Below, piece after piece: positions 9,400 through 19,714 of a stretch of DNA of 64,000 bases. A program made the position numbers and the translations under genes. The notes beneath the pieces were generated by a model that saw only the letters and a program-made list of their open reading frames with translations, searched no databases and had not been told where the DNA came from. This DNA comes from an uncultured delta proteobacterium (GTDB lineage: Bacteria; Desulfobacterota; Binatia; Binatales; Binataceae), in NCBI GenBank assembly GCA_963761255.1, contig CAVXGH010000001.1, forward strand, positions 345,675 to 409,674, given 5' to 3'. Positions within the stretch are counted from its first letter, which is position 1. Each line of letters opens with the position of its first letter.

Positions 9400-10181
9400 G
9401 GCCTCTCCTTGGCGGCGGCAACTGGAGGTGCCGCCACGGGTTTGAACGTGGCTTCAGCGCTGCGGACATAAAGTGGCTCGAGGGTCGCAGGCGTATCGAT
9501 CTCGCCGCGCGATATCCTCTCCACCGCCAACGCCGCGACGTATCGGCCGCGCGAGTTAAGCTCCACCCCTTCCAAAACAGTGGACCGTATTCCTCGCTCG
9601 TTGAGTAACAACGATGCTACCTTCGCTTTCGAATCTCCGACCAGTATAACTCCATCCGAAAGCTCTGGGTAAAGGTTCTGTAACTTTATTACCAAGGGTT
9701 GCGAAATTTTGTCCAGCCGATCCGCCCTCGCGCGATAAAGATTTGTATAGACCTCTCCCTTGCGCGCATCGAGGATGGGGCAAATGTCGATGCCCTCAGG
9801 CGGTGCGGCCTGCTCGAACGCCGCGAGAGCTACACAATCAAACGTCGGAATACCTACCAAGGCGCACCTTAACGAAAGGACCAGCCCCTTCGCGTAGGCG
9901 ATCCCGACGCGCAAGCCGGTGAAGGAGCCGGGTCCGGTACCGACCGCGATGCCCTCCAAATCTTTCAGGGTGAGGTTTGCCTGTTCGAGCACTTCGGCGA
10001 CGGCAGCGGGAAGCTCCGCCCCGTGCGATGCTGCCGAGCGCGTGAGTTGGGCGAGCACTTTCCCATGCGAGATCACCGCGAGCGATGCGGTCGCGCTCGC
10101 CGTATCCAGCCCCAGCACCGGTCCCACGCCGGCGCCTAATGCGAGAAGTTTCTCAGCTTTGAATAAGATGCGAGATGTCAT
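9363..10181 (-). CDS. tsaB: tRNA t6A biosynthesis protein TsaB (YeaZ; inactive Kae1/TsaD paralog); the true start is probably internal
   Basis: LGLDTASATASLAVI...GPGSFTGLRVGIAYAKGL motif; the ORF is longer than the typical ~230 aa. Confidence 0.75.
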   Translation of the reverse strand: MTSRILFKAEKLLALGAGVGPVLGLDTASATASLAVISHGKVLAQLTRSAASHGAELPAAVAEVLEQANLTLKDLEGIAVGTGPGSFTGLRVGIAYAKGLVLSLRCALVGIPTFDCVALAAFEQAAPPEGIDICPILDARKGEVYTNLYRARADRLDKISQPLVIKLQNLYPELSDGVILVGDSKAKVASLLLNERGIRSTVLEGVELNSRGRYVAALAVERISRGEIDTPATLEPLYVRSAEATFKPVAAPPVAAAKERPWSDETKRSFSN

Positions 10182-11646
10182 TGAAAATGACGAACGCCAT
10201 CAGCGCCACGAGCAGCAGCAATCCCACCTGAAGCGCCATCTCGCGCGTCCGCAGCTGCAGCGGCTTGCCGCGCAGTCCCTCGAATGCGAAAAACAGCAGA
10301 TGCCCGCCATCGAGCAGCGGCACCGGCAACAGGTTCAGGATGCCGAGTTCGAGGCTGAGCATGACCATGAACATCAGAACGGCGGAGAGGCCCTCATGCG
10401 CCTCCTTGCCGGCCATTTGCGCGATCATGATGGGGCCGCCCAGCGCCTGGCGCACCGGTGTCGAGCCGTTGATGATCTGCCAGATGCCGATGACGAGGGT
10501 TCCCGCCATATCTACCGTTTGGGCAACGCCTTTCTCGACCGCGTCGATGGGGCCGTAGCGCTCGGTCTCTTCATCGCCACGCGGCATCACACCAATGATC
10601 CAGGTAGGCACCTTGGTGCCGTACACGGTTGGCTCATCTTCGCGTTTGGGCGTGATGGTGAGGTCTTCGCGCACCATCGATGAGCCGGTGCCGCGCTCGA
10701 TACCCAACTTGAGTGGAGTGCCGGTTCCGCCTTTGACCTCGGCGGAAAAATCATTCCAGAAATGAATCGGGTTTCCATTGACCGAAACGATACGATCGCC
10801 CGGGAGCAATCCTGCCGCATGCGCCGGCAGTCCTTCTTTGGCCTGACCGACGACGGGAAGGAGCATCGGCACGCCCCACAAGAAGACAATCGTCATCAGG
10901 ATGGGCGCGAAAATGATGTTCGAGAGCGGCCCCGCGAGAACAATCGCGAAGCGCTTCCACAGGCGCTGGGTCGGGAACGAGCGTTTCGTGAAAGATTGGA
11001 GCAGCGCCGGCGTCGGGTGCTCGCCGAGGTAAGTTTGTGCGTCGGCCACCGAATCACGCCCATCGATCTCGTGCATCACGATGGCTTCTTCGGGCTTCAG
11101 CGCGCGTCCGATAACTTCGGAAGCATCGGGGGATTCGACGATCTCCGGCAACGGCGCCGCAACCAGCGCCTGGACCGCGGTCGAGCCTCGTACTTCGGCC
11201 ACTAGCTGCGCAGGTTTGCGAGGGTCGCGAGAGCCGAGGCGTTTGGCGAGCGCGAGGATCTTTTCGTCGGGATCCTTCGAGGGCAGGCTCCAGCGATAAT
11301 TCTCCGCCGCCTCGAGGACATCGAGCGCGAGCTCATGAACATAATTCTGCAGCTCGTCGGAGCGCGGCTCTTCGCCGACTTCCTCGCCGAGCATGCGGAC
11401 ATAGCCGCCAAATGGCGTCAGCCCGATCGAATAGTCAGTCTCGCCACGGCGTACGCCCCAAACCCGGGGCGGGTAACCGATCGAGAATCTGATGACGCGG
11501 ACTCCGAGTCGCTTCGCCATCGCGAAGTGTCCGGCCTCATGTACGATGATTAGAACTGCGAGAATGATTGCGGCGGCGGCAATTGAAGTCAGCAAAACGC
11601 GCTCCTCCGAAATGTCCCTGACAGGACGCCCCCCGAGACAAAACAA
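10153..11646 (-). CDS. rseP: RIP zinc metalloprotease RseP (site-2 protease) with PDZ domain
   Basis: HEAGHF HExxH motif, membrane helices, PDZ region (GLLPGDRIVSVNGNPI), C-terminal LDGG motif. Confidence 0.9.
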   Translation of the reverse strand: MFCLGGRPVRDISEERVLLTSIAAAAIILAVLIIVHEAGHFAMAKRLGVRVIRFSIGYPPRVWGVRRGETDYSIGLTPFGGYVRMLGEEVGEEPRSDELQNYVHELALDVLEAAENYRWSLPSKDPDEKILALAKRLGSRDPRKPAQLVAEVRGSTAVQALVAAPLPEIVESPDASEVIGRALKPEEAIVMHEIDGRDSVADAQTYLGEHPTPALLQSFTKRSFPTQRLWKRFAIVLAGPLSNIIFAPILMTIVFLWGVPMLLPVVGQAKEGLPAHAAGLLPGDRIVSVNGNPIHFWNDFSAEVKGGTGTPLKLGIERGTGSSMVREDLTITPKREDEPTVYGTKVPTWIIGVMPRGDEETERYGPIDAVEKGVAQTVDMAGTLVIGIWQIINGSTPVRQALGGPIMIAQMAGKEAHEGLSAVLMFMVMLSLELGILNLLPVPLLDGGHLLFFAFEGLRGKPLQLRTREMALQVGLLLLVALMAFVIFNDISHLIQS

Positions 11647-11668
11647 TGCGACCGCACGCGCCGTCGCA

Positions 11669-12460
11669 TCACCGAGAGTAATAGTAAGTTAAAACCGCCG
11701 CAAAGACCAGTGAACAAGTTCGATCGAGCAATCCGCCATGCCCGGGGAAAATCCACCCTGAATCCTTGACTCCCGCAACACGTTTGAACGCCGAGTTAGC
11801 AAGGTCTCCGATGATGGCGAGGATCGCCACCATCGCGGCGAAGACGATCATCGTTCCGATGCTCCAACTAGCCACCAGCCATGGCCGCAGGATGAGGCCG
11901 CCCGCGATCGATGCGATGATACCGCCGATCGCGCCCTCGATGGTCTTGCCGGGGCTCACCTTGAAGGCGAGCTTATGCCGTCCGATCGCGCGTCCGACGA
12001 AGTAGGCGCCGGTATCGGCGAGGATCACGAGCAGCAGCATCAGCACCAGCAACTCGATGCCGTTGGGTCCGTTTCGCACTGCCGCAAAAAACGGGAACAG
12101 TACGAAAACTGAACCGTAGCCTAGAAGCGCTAGTTTAAGATCTTTGGAAATACTTTCCGGGCCGAGAGCCGCAACTCGCCCTACCAGAATGGTCATCAAG
12201 ACAATGACGATGGCCGGAAGGATCCATCCGCGATTGTGATCCACCAGATATCCAAGCAGGAGCAGCGCTGCGAACGCGAATAAGCTCCAATCGGATTCCT
12301 GTCCGCTAGCCCCATCGCGCATCATTTCGCGGACCTCATAGAGGCCCCACATGCCAAACGCGCCGACCATTAGCGTGAAGGCCCAATCGGAAAGAAGGAA
12401 GATCGCCACGAGGAGAGTAGGGAGCGCGACCGCCGCGGTCAGAAGCCTAGTTCTGAGCAC
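11669..12460 (-). CDS. cdsA: Phosphatidate cytidylyltransferase
   Basis: Polytopic membrane protein with CTP_transf_1 signature (KRxxGVKDSGxxxPGHGGxLDR). Confidence 0.9.
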   Translation of the reverse strand: MLRTRLLTAAVALPTLLVAIFLLSDWAFTLMVGAFGMWGLYEVREMMRDGASGQESDWSLFAFAALLLLGYLVDHNRGWILPAIVIVLMTILVGRVAALGPESISKDLKLALLGYGSVFVLFPFFAAVRNGPNGIELLVLMLLLVILADTGAYFVGRAIGRHKLAFKVSPGKTIEGAIGGIIASIAGGLILRPWLVASWSIGTMIVFAAMVAILAIIGDLANSAFKRVAGVKDSGWIFPGHGGLLDRTCSLVFAAVLTYYYSR

Positions 12461-13232
12461 GCAGTCGGTCGTCGCCGTCGGCGGGAACTCCGCCGAACCT
12501 GCGCTCGCGCGCCTGATACGCCGACAGCGCGGTCAAAAATTCGCGCTCGCGGAAATCAGGCCATAACGTCTCAGTGAAATAGAGCTCGGTGTAGGCGAGC
12601 TGGAACAGGAAGAAGTTCGACACCCGCTGCTCGCCCGAGGTGCGGATGAAGAGGTCCGGATCAGGCATCGTGCCGGTCGCCAGCGAGCGCGAGATGGTCG
12701 CCTCGTCGATGTCCGCGGGCTTCAGCGTGCCGGCCGCGACCGCCTCGGCGATCTTGCGCACGGCAGAGGTGATATCCTGCCGCCCGCTGTAGGGCAGCGC
12801 GAGGCCGAGTGTCATGCCGTCGTTCTTCGCGGTCATCTCGACTGTCTGCTCCAGCGCGTGACGCAGCGGCGGCGAGAGCCGATCGCTTTGGCCCAGCGCG
12901 AGCACCTTGATGCCGCGTTTCATCAGCCGCTTGCCCTCGGTGATGAGGTAGCGATGAAACAGGCGCATCAGAAAATTTACTTCGGTGGAAGGCCGTCCCC
13001 AGTTCTCGTGCGAGAAGGCGAACAGGCTCAGATACGGGATGCCGAGTTCGCGCGCGGTTTCCACCACCGCGCGCACGGAGTCCTTGCCGCGGCGATGGCC
13101 TTCGTTGCGGCTGAGGCCGCGCCGCTGCGCCCATCGTCCATTGCCGTCCATCACGATAGCGACGTGGCGCGGGAGCACTTCGCGATCGAGAGATAGATTT
13201 GGAAATTCGTCGGTTGGTAGTGAAATCGCCAC
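12447..13232 (-). CDS. uppS: Undecaprenyl diphosphate synthase (cis-prenyltransferase)
   Basis: HVAIVMDGNGRWA...; FSHENWGRP; RFGG C-terminal motif. Confidence 0.93.
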   Translation of the reverse strand: MAISLPTDEFPNLSLDREVLPRHVAIVMDGNGRWAQRRGLSRNEGHRRGKDSVRAVVETARELGIPYLSLFAFSHENWGRPSTEVNFLMRLFHRYLITEGKRLMKRGIKVLALGQSDRLSPPLRHALEQTVEMTAKNDGMTLGLALPYSGRQDITSAVRKIAEAVAAGTLKPADIDEATISRSLATGTMPDPDLFIRTSGEQRVSNFFLFQLAYTELYFTETLWPDFREREFLTALSAYQARERRFGGVPADGDDRLRAQN

Positions 13233-13262
13233 TTCCAGATGTGACCTGACTCGATCCCCTCG

Positions 13263-13820
13263 TCAGACCTCCATTATCTCCGCTTCCTTCGTCGTCAGGA
13301 CCTTGTCGATCTTCTCGATGAATTCGGTGGTAAACTGCTGCACCTTGGCCTCGGCGGCGTGCAGGTCATCTTCGGAAATTTTCTTGTCCTTGTGCAGGTC
13401 CTTGAGCATGTCGTTGGCGTCGCGGCGATGGTTGCGCACGCCGACGCGATGGTCTTCGGCCATTTTCTTGACGTGCTTGGCGAGTTCCTTGCGCCGCTCC
13501 TGGGTCAACTCGGGAATCGGGATGCGAATGATCTTGCCGTCATTTTGCGGCGTCAGTCCGAGGTCGGAACTCTGGATCGCTTTTTCGATTTCATGCAGCG
13601 CGGTCTTGTCATAGGGCGTGATGACAATGAGCCGCGGCTCGGGCGCGGCCAGCGATGCCACCTGGCGAATCGGGGTCTTGGCTCCGTAGTAATTAACCTG
13701 CAGACCCTCGACCAGACCCGTCGAGGCGCGGCCGGTGCGAACCTTGGTCAGTTCGTGACGGAATGCCTCGACGGTCTTTTCCATCTCCGCGCGCGCTAAA
13801 TCGATTACCTCGTCCTGCAT
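13263..13820 (-). CDS. frr: Ribosome recycling factor
   Basis: 185 aa; VRTGRASTGLVEGLQVNYYG... Confidence 0.95.
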   Translation of the reverse strand: MQDEVIDLARAEMEKTVEAFRHELTKVRTGRASTGLVEGLQVNYYGAKTPIRQVASLAAPEPRLIVITPYDKTALHEIEKAIQSSDLGLTPQNDGKIIRIPIPELTQERRKELAKHVKKMAEDHRVGVRNHRRDANDMLKDLHKDKKISEDDLHAAEAKVQQFTTEFIEKIDKVLTTKEAEIMEV

Positions 13821-13821
13821 G

Positions 13822-14571
13822 TTATGCCTCGCTGCCTACCCACGTGCCGATCGTCTCCCCCATCACGGCTCGCCTTATATTACCCGGTTTGCGCAGATTG
13901 AAAACGATAATCGGCAATCGATTGTCCATACACATCGAGATAGCGGTCGAGTCCATCACCTTGAGGCCGCGATTGAGCACATCTATATAGGTCAGCCGGT
14001 CGAAACGCACCGCCCCCGCCTCCTTCAGCGGATCGCGATCGTAAACCCCATCTACCGTATGACTCGCTTTAAGGATAACGTCGGCGCCGATTTCGAGCGC
14101 GCGCAGACTCGCGGCGCTGTCGGTGGTGAAGTAGGGATTGCCGGTGCCGGCCGCGAACAGAATGACGCGGCCCTTCTCCAGATGACGCACCGCGCGCCGG
14201 CGAATGTATGACTCGGCGACCGATTGCATCGCGATCGCAGAGAGCACCCGGGTCGGAACCTTGTTGCGCTCCAGCGCATGCTGCAGGGCTAGCGCATTGA
14301 TGACCGTCGCGAGCATCCCCATCTGATCAGCGGTCGAGCGATCCATGCCGCGGGCTTCGTATTCGCTGCCGCGCATCATGTTGCCGCCGCCGATGACCAG
14401 CGCGAGCTGGATGCCGAGGTCGTAAACTTCCTTGATTTCGAGGGCGATTTCAGCGAGCGCATCGAGATCGATGCCGGTGCCGCCAGCGGGCGCCAGCGCC
14501 TCGCCCGAGAGCTTCAACAACACGCGATTGTAGCGAGGTAAGGGACTCAAACGGTTTTGACCCTCCGCCAT
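13822..14571 (-). CDS. pyrH: UMP kinase (the track ORF extends to 14586; the MAEGQ start is preferred)
   Basis: [11 protein letters not shown]; aspartokinase-fold motifs; [13 protein letters not shown]. Confidence 0.93.
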   Translation of the reverse strand: MAEGQNRLSPLPRYNRVLLKLSGEALAPAGGTGIDLDALAEIALEIKEVYDLGIQLALVIGGGNMMRGSEYEARGMDRSTADQMGMLATVINALALQHALERNKVPTRVLSAIAMQSVAESYIRRRAVRHLEKGRVILFAAGTGNPYFTTDSAASLRALEIGADVILKASHTVDGVYDRDPLKEAGAVRFDRLTYIDVLNRGLKVMDSTAISMCMDNRLPIIVFNLRKPGNIRRAVMGETIGTWVGSEA

Positions 14572-14750
14572 CGTTTGCAATCCCACCCAGGATAGTTTCG
14601 TTACGCCCCGTAGCTAAGTGACCGACCGCCCCAAACTGTCCCCGTGGTCACCTTGTAGCAAGCGGAACGTTTTTTGTTTGTCATTCTGCGGTGAGCGACG
14701 CGCTCCGCGCTTGCTTCAGAATGACAAAAAGGAAGCACTTTTCGCGAATC

Positions 14751-15380
14751 CTACGATGCCGCGCCGTCTTCCGATTTCGCCGCGATGCCTTCGCCCAACT
14801 GGAAGCGCACGAAGCGCCGGATGTCGATCTTCTCGCCTGACTTGCCGGTGTATTCGCCAATCAGATCGGTGATGGTCTTGTTGGGATCTTTCACCCAGCT
14901 CTGCTCCATCAGGCACGCCTCTTTATAAAATTTGTCGAGCTTGCCTTCGACGATCTTCGCGATGACCTGGGCGGGCTTGCCGCTGCCCTCGGCCTGCGAG
15001 GCGTAAATCTGCTTTTCCTGCTCCAGCACATCGCTGGGGATCTCCTCACGCTTGATCGCGCGCGGATTGGTCGCGGCGATCTGCATCGCGATATCTTTCA
15101 CCAGGGTCTGGAAATCCGCGCCCTTGGCGAAGAAGTCAGTCTCGCAGTTGACCTCGACCAGCACGCCGAGCTTGCCGCCCGCATGAATGTAGGTCCCGAC
15201 CGAGCCTTCCGAAGCGACGCGGCCCGCGCGCTTGGCGGCCGAGGCGATGCCTTTCTCACGCAGCCATACGGTGGCCTTTTCGAGGTCACCCTTGCTCTCG
15301 GCCAGCGCCTTTTTGCAATCCATTACACCCGCGCCGGTCTTCTCCCGCAGCTCTCTTACGATATTGGCGTTGACTTCCAT
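14751..15380 (-). CDS. tsf: Elongation factor Ts (short form)
   Basis: N-terminal UBA-like IVRELREKTGAGVMDCKKAL; 209 aa. Confidence 0.93.
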   Translation of the reverse strand: MEVNANIVRELREKTGAGVMDCKKALAESKGDLEKATVWLREKGIASAAKRAGRVASEGSVGTYIHAGGKLGVLVEVNCETDFFAKGADFQTLVKDIAMQIAATNPRAIKREEIPSDVLEQEKQIYASQAEGSGKPAQVIAKIVEGKLDKFYKEACLMEQSWVKDPNKTITDLIGEYTGKSGEKIDIRRFVRFQLGEGIAAKSEDGAAS

Positions 15381-15490
15381 CGGTCCTGCTCTATGTCAAA
15401 TTTGAAAAACGTTATTTACAGATACACGAACCCGAGTCCGCGTTTCCCATTCGAAGCGATGGGGACGGGCCTCGGGTCGCTCACTTACTA

Positions 15491-16264
15491 CTATACTGCG
15501 GGCGCCGTTTCAGCCGATCCGCCGCCATCGCCATTCGAACTCGGCCCCGAATCATCGATGCCCTTCTGACGCTCTTCCGCCAGATGCTTCCCTTCGATGG
15601 CCGCGTCGGCAATCGCCGCGGTGAACAACTTGATCGCGCGAATCGCGTCGTCATTGCCGGGGATGCGATAGGCGATCAGATCCGGGTCGCAATTGGTATC
15701 GACCACCGCGATCACCGGAATGCCGAGGCGCTGCGCCTCCGATACCGCGATATATTCCTTCTTGGTATCGATGACCCATAGCGCATCGGGCAGCTTGCGC
15801 ATGTTCTTGATGCCGCCCAGCACCAGCATCAGCTTCTCATGCTCGCGGGCGTTGTCGCTCATTTCTTTTTTGGTGAGCGCGTTCACCATCTCGGGGTCGG
15901 CCATGATCTCTTCGAGCTTCTTCAGGCGCTCGATCGACGCGCGGATGGTCTGGAAGTTGGTCAGCATCCCACCGAGCCAGCGATTGTTCACGAAGAACAT
16001 GCCGCATCGCTCGGCTTCCTCCTTGACGATATCCTGGGCCTGCTTCTTGGTGCCGACGAACAGGATGGAGCCGCCCTGCGCGGAAATATCGCGCGCGAAG
16101 TCGTAACAGGCGCGGAACATTTTCACGGTCTGTTGCAGGTCGATGATGTAGATGCCGTTGCGGGCCCCGAAAATGTACGGTTTCATCTTCGGGTTCCAGC
16201 GGCTGGTCTGATGGCCGAAGTGGACCCCGGCCTCGAGCAGCTGCTTCATAGAAATTTCGGTCAT
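15491..16264 (-). CDS. rpsB: 30S ribosomal protein S2
   Basis: [38 protein letters not shown]. Confidence 0.96.
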   Translation of the reverse strand: MTEISMKQLLEAGVHFGHQTSRWNPKMKPYIFGARNGIYIIDLQQTVKMFRACYDFARDISAQGGSILFVGTKKQAQDIVKEEAERCGMFFVNNRWLGGMLTNFQTIRASIERLKKLEEIMADPEMVNALTKKEMSDNAREHEKLMLVLGGIKNMRKLPDALWVIDTKKEYIAVSEAQRLGIPVIAVVDTNCDPDLIAYRIPGNDDAIRAIKLFTAAIADAAIEGKHLAEERQKGIDDSGPSSNGDGGGSAETAPAV

Positions 16265-16434
16265 AACGTCTGTTTAGTCCTCAATTTTCGCGAGCGTAGC
16301 CCACCAACTTAGCAAGCTATTCGCCTCGTTCCAAACGCCAATTTATTCCACATTGCCCACCCTCGCAACCTCTCCCGGCGCGGTACGCAACCTCTCCCTT
16401 CAGGAGACGGACCAAGGAAGGTGGACACCCTTAT

Positions 16435-17872
16435 TTAGGCATTCATTGAATCGAGGAATTCGTCGTTGGTCTTGGTCTTCTCCATCTTGTCGATGAGGAA
16501 TTCCATCGCCTCGACCGAATTCAACTGCGACAGCAACCGCCGCAGGATGAACACCCGATTCAGCGTCGCACGCTGCAGCAGCAATTCTTCCTTACGCGTC
16601 GAGGAGCGCTGGATATCAATGGTCGGGAAGATGCGCTTCTCGATCAGCCGGCGGTCCAGCCCAATCTGCTGATTGCCGGTGCCCTTGAACTCCTCGAAGA
16701 TGACCTCGTCCATCCTGCTAGCCAGTGTCCACCAACGCGGTCGCAATAATCGTCAAGCTGCCGCCATCTTCAGTATTGCGCGCGGCGCCGAAAAACTTCT
16801 TCGGCTTATGCAACGCATTGGAATCGACGCCACCCGAGAGAATCTTGCCCGACGGCGGCACCACGGTGTTGTAGGCGCGCGCGAGCCGGGTGATGGAATC
16901 GAGCAGGATGACGACGTCGCGGCCATGCTCAACCAGCCGGCGCGCCTTCTCGATGACCATTTCTGCCACCTGCACGTGACGGGTCGGAGGCTCATCGAAG
17001 GTGGAACTGACCACCTCGCCCTGCACCGAGCGGAGCATGTCGGTGACTTCCTCGGGACGTTCATCGACGAGCAACACGATCAGCACGATCTCGGGATGAT
17101 TGTGCGCGATCGCTTTGGCAATCGCCTGCATCATCATGGTTTTGCCGGTGAACGGCGCCGCCACAATGAGTCCGCGCTGACCTTTTCCGATTGGCGCGAT
17201 CAGGTCGATGACGCGGGTCGTGAGGTCCTCGTGATTGTATTCGAGCTTGATGCGTTCGGTCGGGTAAAGCGGCGTCAGGTTGTCGAACAGGATCTTGTCG
17301 CGCGCTTTTTCCGGATCCTCGTAGTTGATCGATTCGACCTTGAGCAGCGCGAAGTAGCGCTCGCCCTCTTTCGGCGGCCGAATCAGGCCGGAGACGGTGT
17401 CGCCGGTGCGAAGATTGAACTTCCGAATCTGGCTCGGCGATATATAGATGTCGTCGGGGCCGGGCAGGTAGTTGTAATCGGGCGAGCGCAGGAAGCCGAA
17501 GCCGTCGGGCAGGATTTCCAGCACGCCCTCGCCGAGGATGGCGCCATTGCGATGCGCCTGGGCCTGGAGGACCGCGAAGATCATCTCCTGCTTGCGCATG
17601 TTGACCGCGCCTTCGACCTCGAAGTCGCGCGCGATCTGCGCCAGGTCGGTGACTCGGGCCCGCTTGAGCGCTTTGAGATTCAGCACTCCCTCGGGCGAAA
17701 TCACCTCGACCGGTTCCGACGGTGGTTGTAGCTGTTGCGGACGATCTACGATCTGGCGCGGCTCGGACTGGACCGAATCATCGCGCAGGTCGTGGTGTCT
17801 CGCCGCACCTCTGCCTTTAGCCATATGCCTCCCCCGCATCCTGCCAACTCTGCCTTCTTCTTGATTCTCCAT
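16435..17872 (-). pseudogene. rho: Transcription termination factor Rho, interrupted by a +1 frameshift near 16720 (pseudogene or sequencing error)
   Basis: ORF 16718..17872 encodes the Rho N-terminal extension, CSD, P-loop GKT and most of the ATPase, ending ...ALVDTG*; ORF 16435..16746 in another frame continues [16 protein letters not shown]...AMEFLIDKM, the canonical Rho C-terminus; one extra nucleotide separates them. Confidence 0.9.
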
Positions 17873-18125
17873 TTAACCTGAACTCCGTCCTGAACAGTCG
17901 TTCCAATGACGGCATTTGAAATCGTACGTGAAATCCCGCCCGAGTCAGGGCAATCCTGAGGATTAGACCCACCTAAGCTCTGGCGATCGGGGTACGGATA
18001 GGAATTACGCCGTGTCTCGGGTGTAGAGGGGTTGGCCGACAGATTGGCCGAGGCCGTTAGAACTTAACCCCAGCGTCCCAAAGTGCGGAAGCTACAATTA
18101 ACCGTAATCATAGTTGTAAAAGCTG

Positions 18126-19124
18126 TCAACGGCCTGACAGATGTTCTTTCACCATCGTGTCGATACGCGATTGCTCGAGGGTAACCCCGCGCGCGGTGAG
18201 AAAGCCGGCGAAGTCCGGCGGCATCGGCGCGAAATAAACCTGCCGCTGATGCGTGCGCGGATGCTCGATCGATAGATACATCGCGTGCAACGCATGCCGC
18301 TCGAAGTCGCCGGCCGCGCCGACGCGCTTGTCCTTCGAACCGCCGCCATAAAGGACATCGCCAAGGCATGGATGCCCGATCGAGGCGAGATGCACGCGTA
18401 TCTGATGCGTACGGCCGGTTTCCGGCATCACCGCGACCAGCGTCGAATCGCGCATCCGCTCGACGACGGCCACGTTGCTCAGCGCGTCACGCGCGGCATG
18501 TGAATGGATCGACATCTTTTTGCGCTCCGTCGGATGCCGCCCGAGCGGATGCTCGATAGTGAAGCGATCGCGGGCGACGATCCCGCGTACGATCGCGAGG
18601 TAAACCTTCTTCACCGTGCGCGCCTTGAACTGTGCGGAGAGCGCCGCCTTCGCAAACGGAGTCCTCGCCACCACCATGACGCCTGAGGTTTCCTTGTCGA
18701 GCCGATGCACGATGCCCGGCCGCAACACGCCTCCCGCCTCGGCCATCGTGGCTAGCTCGGGAAACCTCGCGAGTAGTGCGTCGACTAAAGTTCCGTCGTG
18801 ATGCCCGGGCGCCGGATGCACCGTCATCCCGGCTGGCTTGTTGACGACGATCACTTCGGCGTCGTTGTATAGCACCTCAATCGAGGGCGCGGACTGCGAG
18901 ACCTCGCGCGGCTCCATCGGAGGTGGTTCCGCAATGGCGATGCTATCTCCCTGATGCACCGCACTCGACGGCCGCGACGACGGCGCACCATTGACGGTCA
19001 CCAGCCCGGCCTTGATCATCCGCGCAACTTGCGAGCGCGTGTACTCGGCGCCGAGCGCGGAAGACACGAAGACATCGAGCCGCATGCGCTCGTGGTCGGG
19101 CGCGACTTTCAGGTCGGCGAGCAT
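18126..19124 (-). CDS. rluD: 23S rRNA pseudouridine synthase, RluD/RluA family with N-terminal S4 domain
   Basis: S4 region (VARMIKAGLVTVNG); catalytic HRLDKETSGVMVVART. Confidence 0.88.
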   Translation of the reverse strand: MLADLKVAPDHERMRLDVFVSSALGAEYTRSQVARMIKAGLVTVNGAPSSRPSSAVHQGDSIAIAEPPPMEPREVSQSAPSIEVLYNDAEVIVVNKPAGMTVHPAPGHHDGTLVDALLARFPELATMAEAGGVLRPGIVHRLDKETSGVMVVARTPFAKAALSAQFKARTVKKVYLAIVRGIVARDRFTIEHPLGRHPTERKKMSIHSHAARDALSNVAVVERMRDSTLVAVMPETGRTHQIRVHLASIGHPCLGDVLYGGGSKDKRVGAAGDFERHALHAMYLSIEHPRTHQRQVYFAPMPPDFAGFLTARGVTLEQSRIDTMVKEHLSGR

Positions 19125-19149
19125 CGATGTCGATTTAAGCGAAGTCGGA

Positions 19150-19338
19150 TTACAGGAAGAATCCCCAATGCGAGCCTCCGGTGGGCTTCGAGGTGCAGGT
19201 CTGCGTGCCGTCGCTGGCGGTGGTGCAGGTAGTGCTGGTCGACGGCGGGGAACTGCTGGAGACGTCGATACATCCGCAGACCGTGAATGCGGCGACGAAG
19301 GCCAGCGCGCGAATGATGTTGGTCAGGTTGATTCGCAT
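19150..19338 (-). CDS. Small Ser/Thr/Cys-rich lipoprotein (hypothetical)
   Basis: 62 aa; hydrophobic signal sequence then TVCGC lipobox-like site; mature part SSSSPPSTSTTCTTASDGTQTCTSKPTGGSHWGFFL. Confidence 0.35.
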   Translation of the reverse strand: MRINLTNIIRALAFVAAFTVCGCIDVSSSSPPSTSTTCTTASDGTQTCTSKPTGGSHWGFFL

Positions 19339-19386
19339 CGTAGATCCATTTTAGCCATCAAACGGTTCCCTCGCGAGAGCGCGAAA

Positions 19387-19611
19387 TTATTGCACCGGCG
19401 CAGGCTTGACGCCTCCGGGCGCGATGTCCGGCGCGGGAGGTTGCGCAGGTTGCTCGCAGGTTACATCGGGGCGGCTCAGGAACATCAGTCCCGCGGTTTG
19501 CGCTTTGCAGTTCGTGCCGAGCGAGCTGTTTACCGGCTGCGAACTATAGAAGCATCCGGACGTGAGAACAGCGATCGAAGCGGCGAAGATGAGATGGCGA
19601 GGTTTCATCAA
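19387..19611 (-). CDS. Small lipoprotein (hypothetical), in tandem with 19150..19338
   Basis: 74 aa; signal peptide with LTSGC lipobox; 4 Cys; Pro-rich tail. Confidence 0.4.
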   Translation of the reverse strand: MMKPRHLIFAASIAVLTSGCFYSSQPVNSSLGTNCKAQTAGLMFLSRPDVTCEQPAQPPAPDIAPGGVKPAPVQ

Positions 19612-19714
19612 GTGGAAGCTCCAGGTGGCGATGCGGAGAAGGATCGGGAAGCATTACCAGTGTGACTTACCGCATTTGCGAATGGTAGAAGAGCGCGGGG
19701 CTTCGTAAAACCGA

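Noticed and set aside
10182-16264. Missing dxr between frr and uppS as a sign of rearrangement
   Set aside because: dxr placement in this cluster varies among lineages, so I could not weigh it without genome context; it is mentioned only in the summary.
19150-19338. Ser/Thr/Cys-rich 62-aa ORF as a lanthipeptide precursor
   Set aside because: The N-terminus is a hydrophobic secretion signal rather than a RiPP leader, and no LanB/LanC/LanM-like gene is nearby.
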